Assembly: GCA_002869275.1 (NCBI GenBank)
Contig: PKTF01000078.1
Coordinates: forward strand, 1,839-65,838
Reading direction: 5' to 3'
DNA from: Ignavibacteria bacterium
GTDB lineage: Bacteria > Bacteroidota > Ignavibacteria > SZUA-365
DNA: 64,000 nt
Shown here piece after piece: positions 34,647-42,474 of the stretch; positions within the stretch are counted from its first letter, which is position 1, and each line of letters starts with the position of its first letter. The notes under the pieces were generated by a model. That model was not told the origin of the DNA. It was given only the letters and a program-made list of their open reading frames with translations, and made no database searches. A program made the position numbers and the translations under genes.

Positions 34647-35891
34647 ATGCCCAAACACGTTCTTCTCGCCATATCGATCCTCACCGTTTTACTGAGTATG
34701 TACTCCGGCGCGCAGACGCGGAATATCACAAATGAGGTGGTGCGCGTGGACGCAGATTCCCTCCGCGACAGTTGGCACGCGGTACTGGCTGATGATGACG
34801 CCGCGCGGGTCTACTGTGCCTGGTCGCAACGCGAAGCGCATCGCGCTGTGATCCGCGTGGCGCTGCTCTCTCCCGGTAAAGAACATACCATTCGTCACAT
34901 CACCATTCCGCAGCCCGGCAATTGCGAAGATGTGCGTCCCGCCCTGGCATGTCTCGGGAGCGGAGTGCTGCTGGTCGCCTGGCAGCGAGGCTGTGCGGGG
35001 AGTCGCAGAATCGTGTCGCTGCTGCTCGACTCACTGCTGCAGCCCCTCGGCGAGGTCACGACGGTCGCGGGTAAAATGAACCCGGTCATGCCTTCCGCGG
35101 GATCAAACCATCGGGGCGAAGCCCTTCTCGCCTGGCAGGATTTCCGTAACGGCAATTTCGACGTGTATGCACGACGCTACGATCGAGAAGGCACACCGAT
35201 GAACAGGGATCTGCGTGTCAACAATGACGACGGCGCTGCCCTGCAGGGTCCGCCACGAGTTGCACGCGATAACAGGGATGATTTCATCGTGCTCTGGCCC
35301 GACAACCGGGAAGACGGCAAGTGGAAATTTTACGCGCAGCGTATCGAAGACGATCTTGTGGGAACGAACATGCTGGTGGATTCCGCACAACGCAAAGCGA
35401 TGACGACGCTCGCATCGGCAGTACGATTGACGCAAGACAGCGCCGTGTTCGCCTGGAAAGATTATCGCGAAGACCACAGCAATATCTATCGTCGACGAGC
35501 AGACGTTCGTATAGGCGAGTGCTCGCTGGCCGAGCGCATCAACGATGACAGCACTGCGCGGTGGCAGCGTCTCGTGGTGATCGACAGCGATGGCAGGGGG
35601 AATGCCGTGTCGTGCTGGGAGGATTACCGCAACACCGAAATCAACCAGCGTGGTGACATTTATCTGCAGCCCTTTGCCCGCGATGGCAGTTTCCTCGGTG
35701 TGAACCAGAAGGTGAACACGCGCAACGACCGCATCGCCCGAAAGATGCCGGGCATCACGATGCTGTCCGACGGCAGTTTCCTTGTGATCTGGCATCAGGG
35801 AGAGGTTGGAGCATTCAACCTTTACGGCCAGTGGTACCGGTATCCTGCCGTGCGCATCGGAGGAAATTTTTGTCTTACCTGTAACGAATGA
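34647..35891 (+). CDS. secreted hypothetical protein with ~6 tandem W-x-D-(Y/F)-R…(D/N)(I/V)Y-x-(R/Q)R repeats (beta-propeller-like)
   Basis: Signal peptide MPKHVLLAISILTVLLSMYSGAQ. Repeats LLAWQDFRNGNFDVYARRY / VLWPDNREDGKWKFYAQRI / FAWKDYREDHSNIYRRR / SCWEDYRNTEINQRGDIYLQPF. Confidence 0.55.
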   Translation: MPKHVLLAISILTVLLSMYSGAQTRNITNEVVRVDADSLRDSWHAVLADDDAARVYCAWSQREAHRAVIRVALLSPGKEHTIRHITIPQPGNCEDVRPALACLGSGVLLVAWQRGCAGSRRIVSLLLDSLLQPLGEVTTVAGKMNPVMPSAGSNHRGEALLAWQDFRNGNFDVYARRYDREGTPMNRDLRVNNDDGAALQGPPRVARDNRDDFIVLWPDNREDGKWKFYAQRIEDDLVGTNMLVDSAQRKAMTTLASAVRLTQDSAVFAWKDYREDHSNIYRRRADVRIGECSLAERINDDSTARWQRLVVIDSDGRGNAVSCWEDYRNTEINQRGDIYLQPFARDGSFLGVNQKVNTRNDRIARKMPGITMLSDGSFLVIWHQGEVGAFNLYGQWYRYPAVRIGGNFCLTCNE

Positions 35892-35903
35892 CGGTCGTGC
35901 CGA

Positions 35904-36533
35904 ATGGATAGAAGAGGATTTTTTAAACTCGGTTTTCGCCAGCTCAAGGACCAGGCTCGGAAGTCCGCTCCCGAGATCGTGCGCAAGGAGATCACACCCA
36001 CGTTGATCGATGTCACCCTGCTCACCGAACATGTGGACAAGGCCGAACGTCTCGCGGACGAACTCCTCGCAGAACATTTTGGAGAACGTTTTCTCCGTCT
36101 GAAGCAGAGCCGGTTTGAGGGGCAGCACAACGGGGGTATCGTGCTGTTCGAAGGCAGTCTGTATCGTGATTACCATGACGGTGCGTCGCTGCTGTACGCC
36201 GCACTGAGAGAAATGGAAGATGAATTACGCATACACGAAGTGCAGAACGATCCCGTCCTGTTGCGCTATGTCAACCTTCTTCCGGCATTCAGCCGTACAG
36301 CCGACGTGTATCGCAAAGGGAAGTTGGTTCAGGCTTTCCCGCTGTATGAGGACGGTGAATTTGATATCGAGGGAGAGCATGGAAGCATGCGCGTCGGCGT
36401 CAAGGACAAACGCCTGATGGTGGTGCATTCCTCCTGCCCTAACGCAACCTGTGTGGCGCACCCGCCTATCGTTACCCCTGGCCAGCGCATCACCTGCGTT
36501 CCCAATGACATTTCCATCGTGATCGGGATGTAA
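35904..36533 (+). CDS. hypothetical protein with Tat-like N-terminal motif
   Basis: MDRRGFFKLGF resembles a twin-arginine (RRxFxK) signal. No recognised domain. Confidence 0.4.
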   Translation: MDRRGFFKLGFRQLKDQARKSAPEIVRKEITPTLIDVTLLTEHVDKAERLADELLAEHFGERFLRLKQSRFEGQHNGGIVLFEGSLYRDYHDGASLLYAALREMEDELRIHEVQNDPVLLRYVNLLPAFSRTADVYRKGKLVQAFPLYEDGEFDIEGEHGSMRVGVKDKRLMVVHSSCPNATCVAHPPIVTPGQRITCVPNDISIVIGM

Positions 36534-36570
36534 AAAAAACCGGAGAGCAGTTCTCCGGTTTTTCTTTTCG
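36533..36570. terminator. bidirectional Rho-independent terminator
   Basis: A7-ccggagagcagttctccgg-T5cT4. Confidence 0.7.
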
Positions 36571-36580
36571 TTTCAGCAAA

Positions 36581-36967
36581 TCACTTGATCACCTTCTTGA
36601 TCGCATCTTCATCGAAGCCGATTGTGACTCCGTTCGGACCGCGGACAATGGGGCGTTTTATGAGCATGGGATCTGCAGAGAGCGCTGAAAGGGCTGCTGC
36701 CTTGTTCAGTCCATCGACCTTTACCTTCCAATTGCCATCCTTGTAGGCTGCACCAGAAGTGTTGAACGCCTTGCGGTAACGATCAACACTCCCAAGTGCC
36801 TGGTTGATAAGCGTCTTGGGAGGAGTTTCTTCACGGACATCGCGGAAGACGCATGCCACGCTCTTGCTCTCGAGAAACTTCAAGGCCTTCCGTGTGGTAC
36901 CGCAGGTTTTCAGTCCCCACACTTCTACAGCGTTCCCAGCTGGTGCCGGTTTCTTCACCTTGCTCAT
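36581..36967 (-). CDS. ArsC/Spx/YffB-family protein (thioredoxin-fold)
   Basis: [16 protein letters not shown]-terminal redox-motif region typical of the ArsC_YffB family. 128 aa. Confidence 0.65.
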   Translation of the reverse strand: MSKVKKPAPAGNAVEVWGLKTCGTTRKALKFLESKSVACVFRDVREETPPKTLINQALGSVDRYRKAFNTSGAAYKDGNWKVKVDGLNKAAALSALSADPMLIKRPIVRGPNGVTIGFDEDAIKKVIK

Positions 36968-37434
36968 TTCTTTGTCGTGCGCTTCCTTGCTGCGGGTTTC
37001 TTGACGGCCGGCTTCTTGGCGACAGCCTTCTTCGCTACGGGCTTTTTCGCGGCGGCTTTCTTGACGGCCGGCTTCTTGGCGACAGTCTTTTTCGCTGCCG
37101 GTTTCTTCGCAGCGGCTTTCTTGACGGCCGGCTTCTTGGCGACAGTCTTCTTCGCTACCGGTTTCTTCGCAGCGGCTTTCTTGACGGCCGGCTTCTTGGC
37201 GACAGTCTTCTTCGCTACCGGTTTCTTCGCAGCAGCTTTCTTGACGGCCGGCTTGCGGGCTACGGTCTTCTTTGCTGCGGCTTTCTTGACGGCAGGTTTC
37301 TTAGCAACAGCTTTTTTCACTGCCGGCTTCTTTGCCGCGGGCTTTTTCGCGGCGGGCTTTTTCGCGGCGGGCTTTCTGGCCGCCGGCTTTTTGGCCGCCG
37401 GCTTTTTCGCAGCAGTCGTTTTTGCCATGGTCAT
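36964..37434 (-). CDS. histone H1-like Lys/Ala-rich repeat nucleoid protein
   Basis: 156 aa, almost entirely (A/V/P/T)KK repeats: [20 protein letters not shown] x4-5. Stop overlaps the ArsC-family start (ATGA). Confidence 0.75.
   Translation of the reverse strand: MTMAKTTAAKKPAAKKPAARKPAAKKPAAKKPAAKKPAVKKAVAKKPAVKKAAAKKTVARKPAVKKAAAKKPVAKKTVAKKPAVKKAAAKKPVAKKTVAKKPAVKKAAAKKPAAKKTVAKKPAVKKAAAKKPVAKKAVAKKPAVKKPAARKRTTKK
36985..37400. repeat. 60-bp tandem DNA repeats (~5-6 copies plus degenerate flanking copies) encoding the KAP-rich repeats
   Basis: Repeating unit ttcttgacggccggcttcttggcgacagtcttcttcgctaccggtttcttcgcagcggct read directly. Confidence 0.8.
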
Positions 37435-37498
37435 TCCTCCTTGATATGAGAAGTGGGTGAATGTGACTCTGTGTCACGCTTTCATTTCTCTGATGCAA

Positions 37499-38389
37499 TC
37501 AGGATAGCGGTCGGTCCGGAGTGTATTCCTCCAGTGCCTTGCGAATCACCGCCTTTGTGGACGGATGGAAATTTCCATCAAGGATCCACTGAATATAATC
37601 GCGGTCGCGTTCGATGATTTTGGATAGAGATGTGCCACGGTGTTTGCCAAACGTTATAATAACATTATTTCCGTCTCGCACAAGTTTCCCTTCCTCGTCC
37701 AGCCACGAAGGGTCTTTCGGATGCACGACGGATTCGAGTTCGGCAATTGTATGCGGCAAATCTTCGTATCGTTCGAGCTGTGCGAACAAGACGTCGGCTG
37801 TCGCCTGCACGTCGGCCATCGCACCGTGTGCGCCGCTATGTTCGCGCGCGCAGTAGAACTGCAGTGCAGCTGAGAGGTCCCGTGGTTCACGTGAATGAAA
37901 AATCGTTTGCACGTCGATGATGTGTCGTCCTTCCAACAAGAACTTTTCGCCGCAGCGCTGAAACTCCTGCAGCAGCAGCGGCAGGTCGAAGCGTCGCAGG
38001 TTGAAACCGGAAAGGTCGCAGTTGTCGAGAAACTCGATCAGACGCGTTGCGAGTTGCTGGAAGGTGGGGGCGAGTGCAACATCGGCATCGGTAATGCCAT
38101 GCACCGCTGTGGCCTGTTCGGGAATGAGAATGGTGGGGTTGATGCGATGTTCAAAGCTGCGCGTCGTTCGATTCGGGAGATACTTCAGCACTGCGATCTC
38201 TACGATACGATCACTTTGCGTGTTGATACCGGTCGTCTCCAGATCGAAGAAGGCCAGTGGCCGCTTGAGTTCCAAAGCGTGTTGCGTCGGTGTCGACGTC
38301 ACGATGCTGAAGATACCTCCATGAGCACATGGATGGAAAAAGATGCAGCGCGGCGGGTATGAGATGTTGTCCGCCTGTTTTCTTTCCAA
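37499..38389 (-). CDS. DEDDh 3'-5' exonuclease (DnaQ/epsilon-like) with C-terminal DUF3820-like domain
   Basis: Exo I FFDLETTG, Exo II HGITDAD…, Exo III HGAMADVQATADVL. C-terminal FGKHRGTSLSKIIERDRDYIQWIL. Start uncertain. Confidence 0.7.
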   Translation of the reverse strand: MERKQADNISYPPRCIFFHPCAHGGIFSIVTSTPTQHALELKRPLAFFDLETTGINTQSDRIVEIAVLKYLPNRTTRSFEHRINPTILIPEQATAVHGITDADVALAPTFQQLATRLIEFLDNCDLSGFNLRRFDLPLLLQEFQRCGEKFLLEGRHIIDVQTIFHSREPRDLSAALQFYCAREHSGAHGAMADVQATADVLFAQLERYEDLPHTIAELESVVHPKDPSWLDEEGKLVRDGNNVIITFGKHRGTSLSKIIERDRDYIQWILDGNFHPSTKAVIRKALEEYTPDRPLS

Positions 38390-38480
38390 AACAATTTACG
38401 TAATAATGCAGGAAAGCGAAATACGTTTTAATGAAGCGAAGCTGTGCGCAACGGCTTCAACGCAGCACGAGGAGAGCAGC

Positions 38481-39551
38481 ATGATCAGATTACCTCAGCG
38501 CAGAGCGAAACGGAAATTCAAGGATGCGGGGCTTCCGCCCGGCACAGTCATATACACCGGTGAAGCGGAGGCGCAGACGGCGCAGCTGCGCGAACTCCAG
38601 TACACACGTGACGACGTTACCGACGAAGAAGTGGCGATCGAGGATCTTCAGCGTCCGCCTGAAGACAGCGGTGTCTGGTGGCTGAGCGTGCAGGGTGTCT
38701 CGGATGTCACGAGCGTGCAGCACATCGGTGAGTTGTTCGGCTTGCACATCCTCACCCAGGAGGATATTGTCAACGCGGCTCACCGACCGAAGCTGGAGCG
38801 CTTCGACAACTATCTCGTCGTCATACTGCGAGCCGTGCGTCCGGATGACAGCGGACTCCTCCATGAAGAGAATATGACCCTGGTGCTCACCGACCACAGC
38901 GTGCTGTCATTCAGTGAAACCATGCAGGACATCTTCTATCCCAACCGGGAGCGTATCAAGGCGACCAACGGAAGATTTCGCGCACGTGGCGCAGACTACC
39001 TTCTCTACACGCTGATCGATTCCGTTGTCGATCACTATGTGAATACACTTGAACAGATCGACGATCAGATTGCACTGCTTGAAGAAGAGGTTGTGCAGCA
39101 GGCCGATGGCGAGACCGTCGGAAAGCTCCACGATCAGAGACGCAATCTTATGCAGCTGCGTAAAGCAGTCTTGCCCCTGCGCGAAATCTTGCTCCGGCTG
39201 CAGAGAGATGAGACCGACATGATCGGTGAGGACATCAGCATGTTCCTCCACGACGTGGAGGACCATCTCCTGCATGTTCTCGACAGCATCGAGAGCGGTC
39301 GCGAGAACATCAGCGGATTGCTCGACCTCTACATGTCCTTCGAAAGCAATCGCATGAACGAGGTGATGAAAGTACTCACGATCATCGCGACGGTATTCAT
39401 TCCGCTTACCTTCATCGCCGGGGTGTATGGAATGAACTTCGACGTCATGCCGGAACTGCGCATCCCCTGGGCCTACCCCGCCGTACTCTCACTGATGGCT
39501 GCCGTCGGTGTCGTCATGTTTCTTTTCTTCCGGCGCAAACACTGGTTGTGA
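38481..39551 (+). CDS. corA: magnesium/cobalt transporter CorA
   Basis: C-terminal two TM helices with the YGMNF (GMN) motif. Start trimmed to MIRLPQRR…. Confidence 0.85.
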   Translation: MIRLPQRRAKRKFKDAGLPPGTVIYTGEAEAQTAQLRELQYTRDDVTDEEVAIEDLQRPPEDSGVWWLSVQGVSDVTSVQHIGELFGLHILTQEDIVNAAHRPKLERFDNYLVVILRAVRPDDSGLLHEENMTLVLTDHSVLSFSETMQDIFYPNRERIKATNGRFRARGADYLLYTLIDSVVDHYVNTLEQIDDQIALLEEEVVQQADGETVGKLHDQRRNLMQLRKAVLPLREILLRLQRDETDMIGEDISMFLHDVEDHLLHVLDSIESGRENISGLLDLYMSFESNRMNEVMKVLTIIATVFIPLTFIAGVYGMNFDVMPELRIPWAYPAVLSLMAAVGVVMFLFFRRKHWL

Positions 39552-39636
39552 GTCGGGTGTGTTTCTCATTTCAATTCTGATTATTTTGCGTTTGTTCAAC
39601 TCACACATCCTTATGCAACGGACTGACTGATAAATC

Positions 39637-39933
39637 ATGCAGAAGAAAAGTTATACACGGACGGGTCGTTCCTGCCGCGTCACGTTTTACCTGCCCGCCG
39701 ATGTGAAGGCTTCGCGCGCATCGCTTTGCGGCGAATTCAACGACTGGAATCCTGATGCACATGTCATGGCAAAGAGGAAAGATGGTACGTTTTATGTTTC
39801 GCTGTATCTCGATGCAGGGAAGTCGTACCGCTATCGGTTTCTGCTTGATGATACGCGCTGGGAAAACGACTGGGAAGCAGAATCCTACATCCCCAATGAT
39901 CACGGTTCCGATGATTCATTGATCACTCTGTAA
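39637..39933 (+). CDS. stand-alone CBM48/AMPK-beta-like glycogen-binding (isoamylase N-terminal) domain protein
   Basis: VTFYLPADVKASRASLCGEFNDWNPDAHVMAKRKDGTFYVSLYLDAGKSYRYRFLLDDTRWENDW matches the CBM48 pattern. Confidence 0.6.
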   Translation: MQKKSYTRTGRSCRVTFYLPADVKASRASLCGEFNDWNPDAHVMAKRKDGTFYVSLYLDAGKSYRYRFLLDDTRWENDWEAESYIPNDHGSDDSLITL

Positions 39934-40130
39934 CAGCATCGACATCGGCGTTTGACACGGTGCCTCGCGAGGCACCGTTCGTATTATTCGTGAATCCACC
40001 GCCGCGCATCGGCATCATTCAGGAAAATAATGGGAATTTCTCCTCGAGTACGGTTGAGATAGAGTTGTTCAACGCCTACATTTCTTCTGATCGGTATGAT
40101 CATACATCACCCTCACAGAGAAGGCATCTC

Positions 40131-41519
40131 ATGCGCAGCATTTATTTCCTTGCGTTGATCGCGTGCGCCACATCGATTCTGCATGCACAGGAACATGATT
40201 TTATCGAAGGACCATTTGCATCTCCACAGGAACTGACGGAAACCTGCCTTGGCTGTCACGAAGAAGTCGGTGACGCCGTCATGGCAACGCGGCATTGGAA
40301 TTGGCTTGGAAAAGAATTCGAATCCGGTGAACGGGGCGTGATTCGCCTCGGGAAGCAGAACTTCATCAACAACTTCTGCATCGGGGTCACATCGAACTGG
40401 CCGCGCTGTACCAGCTGTCATATCAGCTACGGCTGGAAGGATGGCAGTTTTGATCACAGCGATCCGAACAACATCGACTGCCTCGTCTGCCATGACCAGA
40501 CAGGGACGTACAAAAAGACACCCACCGGAGCAGGCATGCCCGCAGAGGACGTCGATCTCGTTACCGTGGCGCAGAGCGTCGGTACGCCAACACGCGGCAA
40601 CTGCGGCGTCTGTCACTTTGACGGTGGCGGCGGGAGCGGTGTCAAGCATGGCGACATGGACGATAGCATGTATGAGCCATCGGCCGAACTTGATGTGCAC
40701 ATGGGCGGACTGGATTTCGAATGTACGGAATGCCACACAACAGAAGACCACATGATCGCAGGCGCGGGACACGGTTCGATGGCTGAGGATATCAACCATA
40801 TTTCCTGCATGGACTGTCACGACGACGAAGTGCATGAGAAGTCCATCCTGAACAACCACATCTCATCAGTCGCCTGTGAAACCTGTCACGTTCCCGCCTT
40901 CGCACGACAGGAAGCGACCAAGACCTGGTGGGACTGGTCCGCCGCGGGTGAAGACCGAGAGGCGGAAAAAGACAAGTATGGAAAGGAAACCTACAGCAAG
41001 AAAAAGGGCGAGTTTCGCTGGGAGAAAAACGTCGTTCCCACCTACAAGTGGACGCGCGGCAAGGCCGAGTATTACGTGCAGGGTGATCCGGTGAAGGCGG
41101 GCGCGGTTGTGGAGCTCAATCGTATCATCGGCGGTATCGACGATGCCGAAGCTAAAATCGCACCGTTCAAGGTGATGCGTGGCAAGCAGCCGTATGACAA
41201 GGAACACGGCATCCTGATCGTGCCGCATCTCTTCGGGAAAGACGGATACTGGAACACATATGACTGGGATTCCGCGTCACGTATCGGAATGACGGCCGCA
41301 GGACTCGACTATTCAGGATCGTACGGCTTTATCGAAACGGAGATGTCGTGGCCGATCAATCACATGGTGGCACCTGCGAAACAGGCACTGCGCTGTACGA
41401 GCTGTCACGGAAAGCGCGGAGAGCGCCGCCTGGATTGGAAGGCGCTCGGATACCGGAAGGATCCCATCACCCGCGGGACGCGTTTCGAGCAGGGATTGGC
41501 CAAAGCTCCCGAAGAATAG
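40131..41519 (+). CDS. octaheme c-type cytochrome, tetrathionate-reductase (OTR) family-like, periplasmic
   Basis: Signal peptide MRSIYFLALIACATSILHA. Eight CxxCH motifs: CLGCH, CTSCH, CLVCH, CGVCH, CTECH, CMDCH, CETCH, CTSCH. No T9SS tail. Gly-rich CHFDGGGGSGVKHG segment as in OTR-type proteins. Confidence 0.7.
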   Translation: MRSIYFLALIACATSILHAQEHDFIEGPFASPQELTETCLGCHEEVGDAVMATRHWNWLGKEFESGERGVIRLGKQNFINNFCIGVTSNWPRCTSCHISYGWKDGSFDHSDPNNIDCLVCHDQTGTYKKTPTGAGMPAEDVDLVTVAQSVGTPTRGNCGVCHFDGGGGSGVKHGDMDDSMYEPSAELDVHMGGLDFECTECHTTEDHMIAGAGHGSMAEDINHISCMDCHDDEVHEKSILNNHISSVACETCHVPAFARQEATKTWWDWSAAGEDREAEKDKYGKETYSKKKGEFRWEKNVVPTYKWTRGKAEYYVQGDPVKAGAVVELNRIIGGIDDAEAKIAPFKVMRGKQPYDKEHGILIVPHLFGKDGYWNTYDWDSASRIGMTAAGLDYSGSYGFIETEMSWPINHMVAPAKQALRCTSCHGKRGERRLDWKALGYRKDPITRGTRFEQGLAKAPEE

Positions 41520-41555
41520 TCCGCACAGCGCACAATCAATTTATGGGTGTAGGAT

Positions 41556-41600
41556 AAAAGAAAAGAGGTTGTCGTGAGACAACCTCTTTTTCCTCTCTTC
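41556..41600. terminator. bidirectional Rho-independent terminator between the cytochrome and ahpC
   Basis: aaaagaaaa-gaggttgtcgtgagacaacctc-tttttcctc. Confidence 0.65.
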
Positions 41601-41626
41601 ATCTTCTTTTCCTGCGTTGGAGGGGA

Positions 41627-42178
41627 TCAGACTGTTCCGGTCGGATCCGTCAGATAGTCGCTGCCGGCTTCCCAGTTGCACGGGGTGAGTTCACCAGACT
41701 GCAGAGCCTCGAGCACCCGAAGAGTCTCAGGGATATTGCGGCCTACGTCGAGTCCGTGTACCGTCGTCCACTGGATGATACCATCGGGATCGACGATAAA
41801 CGTGGCACGCAGCGCGACGCCGTCTTCCTTGTGCAGTACGCCAAGCGCTGACGCCAGTTCACGCTTCGCATCGGCGAGCATGGGGAACGGAAGGTCTTTC
41901 AGATCAGGATGGCTGTTGCGCCATGCCAGGTGGACATAATGTCCATCGGTGCTTGCACCGAGAACCTGTGCGCCCTTCGCTTCGAAATCCGCATTCAGTT
42001 TTCCGAACTCGGCGATCTCGGTCGGACACACAAACGTGAAGTCACGCGGCCAGAAAAAAACCACCTGCCACTTACCGGCATAGGTCTTGTCGGTGAGATC
42101 GGCAAATTCTTTTCCAGGCTCCGTGTTCACCACTGCTTTCAGAGAAAACTCAGGAAACGTATCTCCTACGGTAAGCAT
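41627..42178 (-). CDS. ahpC: 2-Cys peroxiredoxin (AhpC/Prx1 family)
   Basis: FTFVCPTE peroxidatic Cys motif and a resolving Cys near the C-terminus (TPCNW). Confidence 0.9.
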   Translation of the reverse strand: MLTVGDTFPEFSLKAVVNTEPGKEFADLTDKTYAGKWQVVFFWPRDFTFVCPTEIAEFGKLNADFEAKGAQVLGASTDGHYVHLAWRNSHPDLKDLPFPMLADAKRELASALGVLHKEDGVALRATFIVDPDGIIQWTTVHGLDVGRNIPETLRVLEALQSGELTPCNWEAGSDYLTDPTGTV

Positions 42179-42474
42179 TACTGTTCTCCTGTCACTAAAA
42201 ATATTGTAGATGTATATGTTTGATGTTTATCGGCGAATGTGGTGAAAAGGCATCACATATATCCGATGTTGGTATAACGTCGGTGGTACAAAAACAATTC
42301 CTGAGGAAGCGAATTTCTTCACGACTCGGTGCATCATACGTATGTGGCGGTGAGGTCCGAAGCAGGATCTTCGTGCGTGCCGCTACAGGGGGATTTACCA
42401 GGTATTGAACGATATTACACAGGCTGTTTACATTTGTAGCTGCAGAAACAGAACACGAACAGGAGTTGATCATC

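Noticed and set aside
36977-37444. 155-aa plus-strand ORF ([11 protein letters not shown]… repeats)
   Set aside because: It is the mirror-frame artefact of the 60-bp tandem repeats. The minus-strand Lys/Ala-rich reading has the proper start, a stop overlapping the ArsC-family start, and a plausible function.
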